Assembly (NCBI GenBank): GCA_963822145.1
Contig: CAWGGG010000004.1
Location: forward strand, 1,186,832 to 1,250,831
DNA: 64,000 bases
From: an uncultured Bacteroidales bacterium
Lineage (GTDB): Bacteria; Bacteroidota; Bacteroidia; Bacteroidales; UBA10428
Direction of reading: 5' to 3'
In this document: positions 1 to 10,377 of the stretch, piece after piece
How positions within the stretch are numbered: position 1 is the stretch's first letter
Layout: every line of letters starts with the position of its first letter
Made by a program: the position numbers and the translations under genes
Notes under the pieces: generated by a model
Told to the model about the DNA's origin: nothing
Seen by the model: the letters and a program-made list of their open reading frames with translations, nothing else
Database searches by the model: none

Positions 1-524
1 GTCACCGGAATAAAGCCATCATCGAGACATTGTACAGCTGTGGTCTGAGGGTGTCCGAGCTGATTGACCTGCGAATAACCCATCTTTTTTTCAACGAGGG
101 ATTCATCAGGGTAACCGGCAAGGGAAGCAAAGAAAGACTGGTGCCAATCAGTGGAACGGCCATCCATGAAATTGAAAATTACCTGAATCATTACAGGGAC
201 CGGCTTACACCCCGTAAAGGGTCTGAAAACATAGTATTCCTGAACCGTCTTGGCAACAAACTGACCCGTGTTATGATCTTCACCATAGTAAAATCCCTTG
301 CACAAAAAGCCGGTATCAGAAAGCAGATCAGTCCGCACACTTTCCGGCACTCCTTTGCCACACATCTCGTGGAAGGAGGAGCAGATCTGAGGGCCGTTCA
401 GGAGATGCTGGGCCATGAATCCATTCTCACTACAGAAATCTACACGCACCTGAACCGGGAATACCTGAGGGAGGTGATCATACAGTTTCATCCAAGGTCG
501 GTTAAAAAACCGGGAGGAAAGTAA
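1..524 (+). CDS. xerD: Tyrosine recombinase XerD, C-terminal part (5' end lies upstream of the window)
   Basis: Frame is open from the window edge (codon phase from nt 3). Translation ..LYSCGLRVSELIDL..HTFRHSFATHLVEGGADLRAVQEMLGHESILTTEIYTH carries the R / HxxR / Y catalytic boxes of Xer/phage-integrase recombinases. Confidence 0.85.
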   Translation, partial: HRNKAIIETLYSCGLRVSELIDLRITHLFFNEGFIRVTGKGSKERLVPISGTAIHEIENYLNHYRDRLTPRKGSENIVFLNRLGNKLTRVMIFTIVKSLAQKAGIRKQISPHTFRHSFATHLVEGGADLRAVQEMLGHESILTTEIYTHLNREYLREVIIQFHPRSVKKPGGK

Positions 525-545
525 CTACGGCAGCTAATTTTTTAT

Positions 546-553
546 TAATTTTG
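546..553 (+). promoter_or_regulatory. Candidate Bacteroidota sigma-A -7 box (TAATTTTG) for ppdK
   Basis: Exact match to TAnnTTTG about 58 nt upstream of the ppdK ATG, in an AT-rich intergenic region. No clear -33 TTTG seen. Confidence 0.35.
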
Positions 554-611
554 TGCTTTTCATTATTTTATAGAATATTATTAACATATTGAAAACTAAA
601 TAAATAAAACG

Positions 612-3338
612 ATGTCGAACATTAAACGCGTATACAAATTCGGGGCAAAGAAAGCCGAAGGTAAAGCAGATATGAAGAATCTACTGGGTGGCAAAGGTGC
701 CAACCTGGCCGAAATGTGTCTGTTAGGATTGCCTGTACCAGCTGGTTTTACGATCACCACAGAGGTTTGTACGGAATATTACACAAACAATTGCCAGTTG
801 CCGGCTGAACTGATGCCCGAAGTATGGGCCGCTATGAAAGAGACTGAGGTAGCCATGGGTATGAAATATGGTGATCCTGAAAATGCCCTGCTGGTATCCT
901 GCAGGTCCGGTGCCCGCAGTTCCATGCCCGGAATGATGGACACGGTACTGAATATCGGTTTGTGTTCTGCCACCATTCCCGGTGTCATTAAGAAGACCAA
1001 CAACCCACGTTTTGTCTGGGATTCTTACCGTCGTTTAATTATGATGTATGCTGACGTTGTAATGGAAAAAGCTGAAGGACTTGAACCGTCTGACGGCAAA
1101 GGTATCCGTAAACAACTGGATGACATGCTGGACGAATACAAGCATAAAAAAGGATTGAAATCTGATACAGATCTGTCCGCTGATGATCTGAAACTACTTG
1201 CCGAAGATTTCAAGAAACGTGTTCATCAGTCGCTTGGACAGCCATTCCCTGATGATGCCAAGGCCCAGCTTGAAGGCGGTATCAAGGCCGTGTTCAAGAG
1301 CTGGAACGGTAAAAAAGCTGTTTCCTATCGTCGTATTGAAGGTATTCCTGACGAATGGGGAACCGCCGTAAACGTTCAGGCAATGGTTTTTGGAAATATG
1401 GGTGACACTTCGGCTACCGGTGTAGCCTTTACACGAAACCCTGCCACCGGTGAAAATATATTCTATGGCGAATGGCTCATCAATGCACAGGGAGAAGACG
1501 TAGTTGCCGGTATCCGTACCCCGAACCCGCTGAACAACGACACCAAAAACGAACAGAACCAGCACCTGAAGAGCATGCAGGAAGCCATGCCTAAGACTTA
1601 TAAAGAATTGTGGGACATCCGTAATATCCTGGAAAAATCGTTCCATGATATGCTGGATATTGAATTTACCATTCAGGAAGACAAACTTTACATGCTGCAG
1701 TGCCGTGCCGGAAAACGCACCGGTACAGCAGCCCTCAACATGGCCATGGATATGCTTAAGGAAGGTCTGATCGATGAGAAAAAAGCGGTTACACGTGTTG
1801 ATCCTGCACAGCTGGATGAGCTGCTCCACCCCATTTGTGATCCGGCAGTTGAAAAGAAGGTAAATCCTATTGTAAAAGGCCTGCCTGCAGGACCCGGTGC
1901 TGCAGTCGGCAAGATTGTTTTTACTGCAGAAGACGCCGTTGCCTGGCACAGGAAGGGGGAAAAGGTGATCCTGCTTCGTGAAGAGACCAATCCGGAAGAT
2001 GTTGAAGGCATGCGCGCAGCAGAAGGTATTTTAACTGCACGCGGTGGAATGACTTCCCATGCAGCCCTGGTTGCCCGTGGATGGGGTAAATGCTGTATCG
2101 TTGGTGCAGGTCACCTCCATGTTGATGTGGCCGGTAAGAAAGTTAAGGTAGCCGGTACCGATATCGTGCTGAAAGAGGGTGATCTTGTGACGATGAACGG
2201 TACCAAGGGAAATGTTTACCTCGGTGCCTTAAAGCTGATGGACGCCACTGAGAATCCAAGATTCAAGGATTTCATGAAGCTGGTTGATAAATTTCGCAAA
2301 ATGGGTGTACGCACCAATGCGGATACACCGGCCGATGCAAGAATTGCCCGGGAATATGGCGCTGAAGGAATTGGACTTTTCCGCACGGAACATATGTTTT
2401 ACGGTGAAGGTTCCGATCAGCCCCTCTTCCTCCTCAGAAAAATGATTCTCAGCGAAGGCCTGGAAGAACGCAAAGTTGCCCTGAATGAGCTCTTCGCCTA
2501 TGTGAAAAAAGACATAAAGGCTACCCTCGAGGCCATGGACGGACTTCCGGTGACATTCCGCCTCCTTGATCCTCCATTGCACGAATTCGTCCCCCAGAGT
2601 CCTGATAAACAAGCCGAACTTGCAAAAGCGCTTGGAATATCTGTAGCCGCCGTCTCAAAACGAGGTGAATCGCTTCATGAGTCCAATCCGATGATGGGCC
2701 ACCGTGGTGTTCGTCTTGGCGTTACCTATCCTGAGGTGACTGAAATGCAGGTTCGTGCGATATTTGAATCTGCCGTTGAGCTGAAGAAGGAAGGCAAAGA
2801 TCCGCATCCGGAAATTATGGTTCCGGTTACCTGCGATGTATCCGAACTTGACTTTACCAAGAAAATTACCGATAAGGTTTATGAAGAGGTATGTGCGAAA
2901 TTTGGTGTAAAGAGCATCGAATATAAATACGGCACCATGATTGAAATCCCGCGTGCCTGTCTGCTCGCCGACAAAATGGCAAAATCATCTGAGTTCTTCT
3001 CCTTTGGAACCAATGATCTCACCCAGATGTCCTTTGGTTTCAGCCGTGATGATATTGGTGGATTCCTGCATCATTACCTTGATTACAAAATTCTCGCAGC
3101 AGATCCGTTCCAGACCATTGATCAGGATGGCGTCGGCCAGTTGATCCAAATGGCAGTTGACAAAGGCCGTGCCACCCGTCCCGATTTGAAGGTCGGAATA
3201 TGCGGTGAGCAGGGCGGTGACCCGGCCTCCGTTGAGTTCTGCTTCAAGGCAGGATTAACCTATGTGAGTTGTTCGCCTTTCCGCGTTCCGATTGCACGTC
3301 TGGCTGCAGCCCAGGCATTTATAAAAGCCTCAAAATAG
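612..3338 (+). CDS. ppdK: Pyruvate, phosphate dikinase
   Basis: 908-aa ORF. Has an ATP-grasp N-terminal region, the phospho-histidine swivel motif GGMTSHAALVARG and a PEP-utilising C-terminal TIM barrel (FFSFGTNDLTQM). Confidence 0.95.
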   Translation: MSNIKRVYKFGAKKAEGKADMKNLLGGKGANLAEMCLLGLPVPAGFTITTEVCTEYYTNNCQLPAELMPEVWAAMKETEVAMGMKYGDPENALLVSCRSGARSSMPGMMDTVLNIGLCSATIPGVIKKTNNPRFVWDSYRRLIMMYADVVMEKAEGLEPSDGKGIRKQLDDMLDEYKHKKGLKSDTDLSADDLKLLAEDFKKRVHQSLGQPFPDDAKAQLEGGIKAVFKSWNGKKAVSYRRIEGIPDEWGTAVNVQAMVFGNMGDTSATGVAFTRNPATGENIFYGEWLINAQGEDVVAGIRTPNPLNNDTKNEQNQHLKSMQEAMPKTYKELWDIRNILEKSFHDMLDIEFTIQEDKLYMLQCRAGKRTGTAALNMAMDMLKEGLIDEKKAVTRVDPAQLDELLHPICDPAVEKKVNPIVKGLPAGPGAAVGKIVFTAEDAVAWHRKGEKVILLREETNPEDVEGMRAAEGILTARGGMTSHAALVARGWGKCCIVGAGHLHVDVAGKKVKVAGTDIVLKEGDLVTMNGTKGNVYLGALKLMDATENPRFKDFMKLVDKFRKMGVRTNADTPADARIAREYGAEGIGLFRTEHMFYGEGSDQPLFLLRKMILSEGLEERKVALNELFAYVKKDIKATLEAMDGLPVTFRLLDPPLHEFVPQSPDKQAELAKALGISVAAVSKRGESLHESNPMMGHRGVRLGVTYPEVTEMQVRAIFESAVELKKEGKDPHPEIMVPVTCDVSELDFTKKITDKVYEEVCAKFGVKSIEYKYGTMIEIPRACLLADKMAKSSEFFSFGTNDLTQMSFGFSRDDIGGFLHHYLDYKILAADPFQTIDQDGVGQLIQMAVDKGRATRPDLKVGICGEQGGDPASVEFCFKAGLTYVSCSPFRVPIARLAAAQAFIKASK

Positions 3339-3356
3339 TTGTTTTTCCTTTTTTTT

Positions 3357-3392
3357 AAGCCGCCTGCTTAATTACCAGGCGGCTTTTTTTTT
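3357..3392 (+). terminator. Rho-independent terminator after ppdK
   Basis: Perfect 10-bp stem AAGCCGCCTG / CAGGCGGCTT with a 9-nt loop, followed by a T9 run. Confidence 0.75.
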
Positions 3393-3405
3393 ACAGCAAA
3401 ACTTT

Positions 3406-3413
3406 TATCTTTG
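3406..3413 (+). promoter_or_regulatory. Candidate -7 box (TATCTTTG) for pckA
   Basis: Matches TAnnTTTG 40 nt upstream of the pckA ATG, directly after the ppdK terminator. Confidence 0.4.
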
Positions 3414-3452
3414 TGGCAATGACCCCAGTAATAATCTTAAACAATTGACCAG

Positions 3453-5054
3453 ATGAGCTTCATCAGCCCAACGACCTTGGCCAAGTACGGCATCAGCAAC
3501 GTTAAGGAAGTAATTTACAATCCTTCCTACCAGAATCTGTACAACTTTGAAACCGATCCCAGCCTTGAAGGATTTGAAAAAGGAGTTCAAACCAATACCG
3601 GAGCAGTGGCTGTTAAAACAGGGATTTTTACCGGTAGATCTCCCAAAGACAAGTATTTTGTAAAAGATTCCGTTTCTGAAAACACTATATGGTGGGACGG
3701 CGTTATTAACCGGCCTGTTAATCAGGATGTTTGGTCTCATTGCAAAGGATTGGTAATGAATAAACTGTCTGATTCAAAAAGATTGTACGTAGTGGATGCC
3801 TTCTGTGGAACGAATGCCAACAGCCGCTTGAAGGTCCGTTTCATTATGGAAGTGGCCTGGCAAGCTCATTTTGTCACCAACATGTTCATCAGGCCCTCTC
3901 ATGATGAGCTGGCCCATTTCGGTGAACCTGATTTCGTGGTATTTAATGGTTCCAAGGTTACGAATCCGAAGTGGAAGGAACAGGGATTAAACTCCGATGT
4001 CTTTGTACTTTTCAACCTTACTGAGAAACTTGCTGTTATTGGTGGTACCTGGTACGGTGGAGAGATGAAAAAGGGAATATTCAGCATGATGAACTATTAC
4101 CTGCCTTTACGCGGCATGGCTTCGATGCATTGTTCAGCCAACGTGGGAGAAAAAGGTGATGTTGCTTTGTTTTTCGGCCTTTCAGGAACCGGTAAAACCA
4201 CCCTTTCAGCTGATCCCAAACGTTACCTGATCGGTGATGATGAACATGGCTGGGATGACCAGGGTATTTTCAATTTCGAAGGGGGCTGCTATGCTAAAAC
4301 CATCAATCTGAGCAAGGAAAATGAACCGGATATCTATAATGCGATCCAGCGGAATGCCCTGTTGGAGAATGTCACTGTTCGGGAAGATGGATCGGTTGAT
4401 TTCGCAGATTGTTCCATTACAGAAAATACCAGGGTCTCTTATCCTATATACCACATCAATAAAATTTTTCTTCCATCCAAGGCAGGACATGCTACCAGGA
4501 TCATCTACCTTTCAGCTGATGCATTTGGTGTGCTGCCGCCGGTGTCCATACTCGACCGCAGTCAGGCCCAGTATCATTTCCTGTGCGGGTATACATCCAA
4601 GCTTGCCGGCACTGAGCGCGGCATAACTGAACCGGTGCCCTCTTTCTCTCCTGCATTTGGTGAAGCATTTCTTACCCTGCATCCGACTTACTATGCCACT
4701 GAGCTGGTAAGAAAAATGGATGCCCATAAGGCCAAAGCTTACCTGGTCAATACCGGGTGGAACGGTACCGGTAAAAGGATCTCCATTAAAGAAACCAGGG
4801 CTATTATTGATGCTATTCTGGATGGCTCCATTGAGAAGGCCCCTACAGCACACATCCCGTTCCTTAACCTGACCATACCGGTAAGTCTGCCCAATGTCTC
4901 TTCCGGCATTCTCGATCCGCGCGATACCTATACTGATAAAGCATTGTGGGAAAAGAAAGCAAAGGACCTTTCTGCCAGGTACATCAAATACTTTGAACAG
5001 TATATGGATACCCCGGCCGGGAAAGCGCTGATTGCTTCAGGTCCCAGCATTTGA
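3453..5054 (+). CDS. pckA: Phosphoenolpyruvate carboxykinase (ATP)
   Basis: 533-aa ORF with the kinase-1a motif [13 protein letters not shown], plus IGDDEHGW and the typical ATP-PEPCK length. Confidence 0.95.
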   Translation: MSFISPTTLAKYGISNVKEVIYNPSYQNLYNFETDPSLEGFEKGVQTNTGAVAVKTGIFTGRSPKDKYFVKDSVSENTIWWDGVINRPVNQDVWSHCKGLVMNKLSDSKRLYVVDAFCGTNANSRLKVRFIMEVAWQAHFVTNMFIRPSHDELAHFGEPDFVVFNGSKVTNPKWKEQGLNSDVFVLFNLTEKLAVIGGTWYGGEMKKGIFSMMNYYLPLRGMASMHCSANVGEKGDVALFFGLSGTGKTTLSADPKRYLIGDDEHGWDDQGIFNFEGGCYAKTINLSKENEPDIYNAIQRNALLENVTVREDGSVDFADCSITENTRVSYPIYHINKIFLPSKAGHATRIIYLSADAFGVLPPVSILDRSQAQYHFLCGYTSKLAGTERGITEPVPSFSPAFGEAFLTLHPTYYATELVRKMDAHKAKAYLVNTGWNGTGKRISIKETRAIIDAILDGSIEKAPTAHIPFLNLTIPVSLPNVSSGILDPRDTYTDKALWEKKAKDLSARYIKYFEQYMDTPAGKALIASGPSI

Positions 5055-5060
5055 GTATTT

Positions 5061-5103
5061 GCAAAAGCATCTGTTCCTTTGAAACCGATGCTTCTGCATT
5101 TTT
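5061..5103 (+). terminator. Rho-independent terminator after pckA
   Basis: 11-bp stem GCAAAAGCATC / GATGCTTCTGC (one mismatch) followed by ATTTTT. Confidence 0.6.
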
Positions 5104-5154
5104 ATGCTCAAAAAAATAGGTATTTATACTGTTGTTGTGTATTCAGATAATGCC

Positions 5155-5162
5155 TATCTTTG
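5155..5162 (+). promoter_or_regulatory. Candidate -7 box (TATCTTTG) for plsY
   Basis: TAnnTTTG match 27 nt upstream of the ATG at 5189. It lies inside the longer 5132 ORF version, which argues for the 5189 start. Confidence 0.4.
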
Positions 5163-5188
5163 TCGCCCAATATCTATTAAAGTTCTTA

Positions 5189-5857
5189 ATGCATATTGTT
5201 TATAATATTGGCATTCTTGTTGTTGCCTATCTAATTGGATCCATTCCCACTTCTGTCTGGATTGGAAAATCATTTTTCGGTATTGATATCAGGGAGCATG
5301 GCAGCCATAATGCCGGTTCCACCAATGCCATGAGAATACTCGGATGGAAAGCTGGTATCAGCGTGCTCTTCGTGGATATTTTTAAAGGCTGGCTTGCTGT
5401 AAACCTCATCCATCTTACCAATTATTACATTCCTGAAACCGGTGATTTTATTGAATTTCAGCTGCTGTTAGGCATTGCTGCGATTGTCGGACATATTTTC
5501 CCGGTTTATGTCGGTTTTCGCGGAGGCAAGGGGGTTGCCACGTTATTCGGCCTTGTTCTGGCCATTAACCCTGAACCTACCCTGATCTGCACAGGTGTTT
5601 TTATCATAACCCTGATATTGTCCAAGTATGTTTCCCTGAGTTCCATGGTTGCGGCATTTGCTTTCCCAATCATGGTGATATTCGTTTTTAAGACAACCAC
5701 GCCGTCTCTCGTGCTGTTCTCACTGATCATTGCGGTACTCTTGCTCTTTACCCACCAGAAAAACATTGAAAGACTGATCAGAAAAGAAGAAAAGAAGGTG
5801 CTTTTCCTTATGAGCAAAAGAAGACGTGAATTGGAACGGTTGAAACAATCGGCCTGA
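5189..5857 (+). CDS. plsY: Glycerol-3-phosphate acyltransferase PlsY
   Basis: AYLIGSIPTSVWIGK and GSHNAGSTNAMR motifs plus multiple TM segments. Start moved to the internal ATG at 5189 (track ORF starts at 5132). Confidence 0.85.
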   Translation: MHIVYNIGILVVAYLIGSIPTSVWIGKSFFGIDIREHGSHNAGSTNAMRILGWKAGISVLFVDIFKGWLAVNLIHLTNYYIPETGDFIEFQLLLGIAAIVGHIFPVYVGFRGGKGVATLFGLVLAINPEPTLICTGVFIITLILSKYVSLSSMVAAFAFPIMVIFVFKTTTPSLVLFSLIIAVLLLFTHQKNIERLIRKEEKKVLFLMSKRRRELERLKQSA

Positions 5858-5870
5858 TCCTATACCTGAA

Positions 5871-6665
5871 TTACTTCTTCCTGAAGAATTCGTCCTCCAG
5901 TCGCTTATGGAGTGTTTTAATATCTACCGGTAAAAGGGAACCTGCCTCAGACAGTGATATTCCGCCTGTTTCTTCAGAGATGATAATGACCAGGGCGTCG
6001 GTTTGCTCAGTAAGACCCACTCCTGCCCTATGCCTTAATCCGTAATGTTCGGGGATTTCAAAGTTGTCTGATACCGGCAGAATGCAGCAGGCTGCCCGGA
6101 TCTTGTCATTAAGAATTATAACTGCACCATCATGCAGGGGGCCTGTTTTGTTGAAAATAGATTCCAGTAAACGGCTGGTTGTGCGGGCATCAAGAATATC
6201 GCCGGTTCCTGCATAGGCATCCAGCATTGAATTGCGCTGCAAAACGATAAGGGCTCCTACCCGGTCTTTCGACATATTAACGCAGGCCTTGATAATACCG
6301 TTGATGTTCATCTGAGGCAGTCCAGTGCTGATTTTGGAGAAAAAATTATCTATGGAAATCCCCGCTTTGGGCAAATACCGTGCACTGAACATGATCAGGA
6401 ACCTTCTCAGTTCCGGTTGGAAAACCACGATGATGGCAATGGCTCCGACACCAATGATCTGGCCCAGTATGCTTCCCAGCAGCACCATATTATCCTTTAC
6501 CAATAACCAGACCACATAGAAAGTAATGATCGTTACAAATATATAGGTGGCGATACTGCCTTTGATGAGCATGTAAATCTGGTACATCAAAAAGGCCACC
6601 AGGAGGATATCGATGACATCCAGAATTCTGACATGGATAAAAACAGGGAACATAACAAACTGCAT
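5871..6665 (-). CDS. cdaA: Diadenylate cyclase CdaA/DacA (membrane-anchored DAC domain)
   Basis: 264 aa with N-terminal TM helices, then the DAC motifs GPLHDGAVII and RHRAGVGLTEQTDALVIIISEETG. Confidence 0.85.
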   Translation of the reverse strand: MQFVMFPVFIHVRILDVIDILLVAFLMYQIYMLIKGSIATYIFVTIITFYVVWLLVKDNMVLLGSILGQIIGVGAIAIIVVFQPELRRFLIMFSARYLPKAGISIDNFFSKISTGLPQMNINGIIKACVNMSKDRVGALIVLQRNSMLDAYAGTGDILDARTTSRLLESIFNKTGPLHDGAVIILNDKIRAACCILPVSDNFEIPEHYGLRHRAGVGLTEQTDALVIIISEETGGISLSEAGSLLPVDIKTLHKRLEDEFFRKK

Positions 6666-6693
6666 TTCAGGCCAAGAACAAAATTACTATTTT

Positions 6694-7572
6694 TTATCCG
6701 AAAATTTCAGTTGCTTCCTGGTATAATGAAAATAACCGGATGGCCTCCACGGCCTCCTTGACGTCATGTACCCGCAGTAACCTGGCTCCATTGTTAAGCG
6801 CAAGTGTATTCAATACCGTGGTTCCGTTCAGAGCTTCCCCGGGCGCGACCTGCAATGATTTATATATCATGGATTTGCGCGACAAGCCAACCATGATGGG
6901 ATGACCCAGCGCAGCAAACAACCTGAGTTCATGCAGGAGCAGGTAATTATGTCTGAGGGTTTTCCCAAAGCCAAATCCCGGGTCAATGATGAGATCTGTA
7001 ATGCCGGTTTTCTGTGCAAGGCTAATCCTCTGCGCAAAATAAGCCAGCAATTCCCTGGTAATATCTTCGTATTCAGGATTTATCTGCATAGTCTGAGGTA
7101 TTCCCTGCATATGCATCATAATGAATGGGACTTTCAATGTTGCAGCCGTCGGCAACATCCTTTCATCAAGCTGTCCGGATGAAATATCGTTTATGATTGC
7201 CGTTCCGAGATGCACTACCGCATATTCTGCAACAGATGCTCTGAAAGTATCCACAGACAGAATAATATCCGGAAAACTTTCCCGTATGGGTATCAGCGCA
7301 CGTTTTAACCGCTCCATTTCTTCTTCGGGGCTCACAAACGCTGCTCCGGGCCGGGTGGAACAGGCTCCTACATCTATAATATCTGCGCCCTCGGACAACA
7401 TGGTGGAGACCCTTTTTACAATTTCCTTTTCATGGAGGAATTTTCCTCCGTCATAAAACGAATCCGGTGTAATATTGAGGATACCCATTACCCTGGGAAC
7501 CGAAAAATCAATCAACCGGCCACCGCAGTTAATGGTTCGTTTTATTGAAAATAATGTATCTTTAGGATTCAT
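6694..7572 (-). CDS. folP: Dihydropteroate synthase
   Basis: Pterin-binding motifs GILNITPDSFYDGG, DIIDVGACSTRPG and GFGFGKT. Start set to the ATG at 7572 (MNPKD..), because the track ORF extends to 7719 and would overlap tmk. Confidence 0.9.
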   Translation of the reverse strand: MNPKDTLFSIKRTINCGGRLIDFSVPRVMGILNITPDSFYDGGKFLHEKEIVKRVSTMLSEGADIIDVGACSTRPGAAFVSPEEEMERLKRALIPIRESFPDIILSVDTFRASVAEYAVVHLGTAIINDISSGQLDERMLPTAATLKVPFIMMHMQGIPQTMQINPEYEDITRELLAYFAQRISLAQKTGITDLIIDPGFGFGKTLRHNYLLLHELRLFAALGHPIMVGLSRKSMIYKSLQVAPGEALNGTTVLNTLALNNGARLLRVHDVKEAVEAIRLFSLYQEATEIFG

Positions 7573-7611
7573 TCGGATATACCTTTCGATAAAAGTAATA
7601 AAAAGATCGGC

Positions 7612-8289
7612 ATGAAGTTCCTGGTTATAGAAGGTGTTGATGGTTCGGGCAAATCCACGCAGATTAAACTGATCATGAAACACCTGGAGGAAAAAGGCAT
7701 ACTTTATCGTTATGTACATTTCCCCCGCACAGATTCACCGGTATATGGGGAATTGATTGCCCGGTTTTTAAGGGGAGATTTTGGGAGTTTGCAGGCTGTT
7801 GATCCTTACCTGGTGGCTTTGATGTATGCCGGCGACCGCATGGATGCTGCCACTACCATCCGGGATTGGCTCCGGCAGGGCTACCTGGTGTTGCTCGACC
7901 GGTATGTGTATTCCAATATCGCTTTTCAGTGTGCCAAGCTATACGGACAGGAAGAACAGGAAAGGTTAAGGGATTGGATCCTGGAACTGGAGTACAACTA
8001 TAATAAGATTCCCAAACCCGATCTGAATGTTTTACTGGATGTGCCATTTTCCTTTACCCGGAATAAATTGTCGGGTGGCAGAACAGGTAGTGAGCGGGAC
8101 TATCTTATGGGTCAGCGGGATATCCATGAAGAGGATCTTGATTTCCAGAAAAGGGTTCGCAACATGTATCTTTGGCAGGCACAGACATTCAGCGATCTGA
8201 AAATCATCAACTGTACGGACGGCAATGGAGATATGCATCCTCCTACCGTCATTTTCTCCAAAATTCTGAGTGAAACCGACCTTATATAA
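7612..8289 (+). CDS. tmk: Thymidylate kinase
   Basis: N-terminal P-loop MKFLVIEGVDGSGKSTQ and a DRY motif (LLDRYVYSN). 225 aa. Confidence 0.9.
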   Translation: MKFLVIEGVDGSGKSTQIKLIMKHLEEKGILYRYVHFPRTDSPVYGELIARFLRGDFGSLQAVDPYLVALMYAGDRMDAATTIRDWLRQGYLVLLDRYVYSNIAFQCAKLYGQEEQERLRDWILELEYNYNKIPKPDLNVLLDVPFSFTRNKLSGGRTGSERDYLMGQRDIHEEDLDFQKRVRNMYLWQAQTFSDLKIINCTDGNGDMHPPTVIFSKILSETDLI

Positions 8290-8301
8290 CCTTTGACTGT
8301 T

Positions 8302-9537
8302 ATGAAGACCCTTTTGTTATTCTCCAGGATTTTTACCGGACTGGTTTTTGTTTTCAGTGGATTTGTTAAGGCCATTGATCCCATGGGGTTTGCCATCAAA
8401 TTCGAAGAATATTTCATGGCCTTTCACCTCGATTTTCTGGTTTTCACAGCTATACCGCTGGCAATTTTCATCAGTGCTGCCGAGTTCATGATCGGGCTTA
8501 ACCTGCTGGCCGGGATACGTCTGAGAATCACAGCAGTGCTTCTCATGATCTTCATGTCTTTTTTTACGGTTCTTACCTTCATTCTGGCACTTACTAATCC
8601 CGTAAGCGATTGCGGCTGTTTTGGTGACGCCATCAAGCTTTCCAATTGGCAAACCTTTTACAAGAATATGATCTTGCTGATCCCTACCCTGTTCATTTTT
8701 ATATACAGGAAGAAAACTGGCCGGTTTGCTTCACTCTCATGCGAATGGACCCTGGCCGGAATGAATTTCCTTTTAGCTGCCGGGATTTCGCTATTCTGTA
8801 TCAGATACCAACCCTTGCTTGATTTCAGACCCTATCGGACGGGATCCTCCATTCCTGAAAAAATGGCAACTCCGGAAGGTGCCCCGGCCGATATTTATGA
8901 AACCGTTTTGGTTTATCAGAAAAATGGCGTGCTGCAGGAGTTTTCCGAAAGCAACTTCCCCTGGCAGGACACCACGTGGAAATGGGTGGAAACCCGCCAG
9001 ACCCTTATCAAGAGAGGTTATGAACCACCAGTACATGATTTTTCCATCACCACGGAGGAAGGACTTGACATCACAGAGAACATCCTGCAGGACAGTGGTT
9101 ATACCTTTCTGATTATTGCACCGTTTCTTGAGAAGTCTTCATCCAAAGGCATGGAGCATATGAATAAAATCGCATTGAAAGCCCTTGAAATGGGTTTTTC
9201 GGTGTATTGCCTGACTGCTTCTCCCAGCAACCAGATCATTACATTCAAAGAGAACTTCCAACCCGTCTTTCAGTTGTGCACATCTGATGAAACAACCTTA
9301 AAGACGATCATTCGTGCAAACCCCGGACTGCTTGTGCTGCGGGAGGGTACTATTCTGGGAAAATGGAACTATGCGGATGCACCCGATCCGGGTGGATTCA
9401 AGGCAAACATGTTGTCTTACCTATTAAGCCGACATACCCGTTCTGAGGAATCTTCCACTGTTGTTATCCTGGCCCTGGCTGTTGTTCTTTTCTATACAAC
9501 CGTGGTTGTTTTTAAAAACCTTCAACAAAAGAAGTGA
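8302..9537 (+). CDS. MauE/DoxX-family membrane protein with a soluble thioredoxin-like C-terminal half
   Basis: N-terminal half has 4-5 TM helices and a DCGCFGD motif typical of MauE/DoxX proteins. The C-terminal ~200 aa is soluble, followed by a final TM. Start taken at the ATG at 8302 (track start 8293 is TTG). Confidence 0.6.
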   Translation: MKTLLLFSRIFTGLVFVFSGFVKAIDPMGFAIKFEEYFMAFHLDFLVFTAIPLAIFISAAEFMIGLNLLAGIRLRITAVLLMIFMSFFTVLTFILALTNPVSDCGCFGDAIKLSNWQTFYKNMILLIPTLFIFIYRKKTGRFASLSCEWTLAGMNFLLAAGISLFCIRYQPLLDFRPYRTGSSIPEKMATPEGAPADIYETVLVYQKNGVLQEFSESNFPWQDTTWKWVETRQTLIKRGYEPPVHDFSITTEEGLDITENILQDSGYTFLIIAPFLEKSSSKGMEHMNKIALKALEMGFSVYCLTASPSNQIITFKENFQPVFQLCTSDETTLKTIIRANPGLLVLREGTILGKWNYADAPDPGGFKANMLSYLLSRHTRSEESSTVVILALAVVLFYTTVVVFKNLQQKK

Positions 9538-10210
9538 CCTTTTTCAAATCATCCCGGGATTTAAAATCAATCTTATTCTTCTTCAGGTAATCCTCTATTT
9601 CGGATTTATGATCGGGAAACAGCTTAAGAAGGTTATTCTTCTTATACAGTACAAATCCGTCACGGGTATTCCCGATATAATAATCGGCAATTCGCGTAAA
9701 TATATAATCCTCCTGCAGGATCAGATTATAATTGGTTCTTCCGCCTTGATCATAAATTCCGCTATAGGACTGTACAGCCCCGGTTGATGTGCGGGTACCG
9801 TATGCTCCTTCTTTTGTCTTATCCGAAAGCTTCACGTACTGCTTAATGGTCATTATGGCAGGATCGTGACCGCCAAGGACCTCATGGAAACCATCATCAT
9901 AAAAGAAAGTATCCTGCATGATCTGTACGTAACGAATATCCTTTACATTAGAGATTGACAGCGTATCCTTGGCCTGGATAAAATGCATTTCGCCATGTAG
10001 AATACTGTAATTCAATTTGGTAACAGTATAATTGTCGTTATTGAACATTACTTTCCCCTGTATAAATTGAGGATAGCGGTACCGTTCATTGAAAGGAAAG
10101 TAATCGATAATCCGGGTTCCGGCTTTAACGGTAATGGTGGTACGCTCCTGGCCTGTCAAGGACGAAACTATCAGGAAAAGCGAACCAAACAGCAAGACTG
10201 TATTTTTCAT
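9512..10210 (-). CDS. Hypothetical secreted protein
   Basis: 232-aa ORF with a signal-like N-terminus MKNTVLLFGSLFLIVSSLTGQ. No family recognised. Its 3' end overlaps the convergent 8302..9537 gene by 26 nt. Confidence 0.55.
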   Translation of the reverse strand: MKNTVLLFGSLFLIVSSLTGQERTTITVKAGTRIIDYFPFNERYRYPQFIQGKVMFNNDNYTVTKLNYSILHGEMHFIQAKDTLSISNVKDIRYVQIMQDTFFYDDGFHEVLGGHDPAIMTIKQYVKLSDKTKEGAYGTRTSTGAVQSYSGIYDQGGRTNYNLILQEDYIFTRIADYYIGNTRDGFVLYKKNNLLKLFPDHKSEIEDYLKKNKIDFKSRDDLKKVTSFVEGF

Positions 10211-10377
10211 GGCGGTGTGTAAAATTAAATGAAAGCTATAAAAGTAATAAATCCCGTCATACCATGTTTGTTCTTTTGTTATAAAGTTTTGGCATGAAGC
10301 AAAATAAAAGGAGGCTGTAACCCTAAAACGGTCATAACCTCCTGCTATTCTCAGTTCATTATTCTTTTTGTCCTTCC

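Noticed and set aside
1-524. XerD-like recombinase as the integrase of the tRNA-Asp island
   Set aside because: It lies 54 kb from the island, separated by uninterrupted housekeeping genes. It has the standard chromosomal XerD C-terminal sequence.
1194-1949. 251-aa ORF on the minus strand inside ppdK, plus further antisense ORFs at 779-2612
   Set aside because: Fully antisense to an unmistakable pyruvate phosphate dikinase gene. The translation is low-complexity and Cys/Phe-rich with no motif. This is the typical shadow ORF of a long, codon-biased gene.
7573-7719. N-terminal extension of the folP ORF (track start 7719) overlapping the tmk start
   Set aside because: The extension (MYITIKYAFFLQVFHDQ..) is not part of any DHPS I know and would overlap tmk by 108 nt on the opposite strand. 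The internal ATG at 7572 gives a normal-length DHPS.
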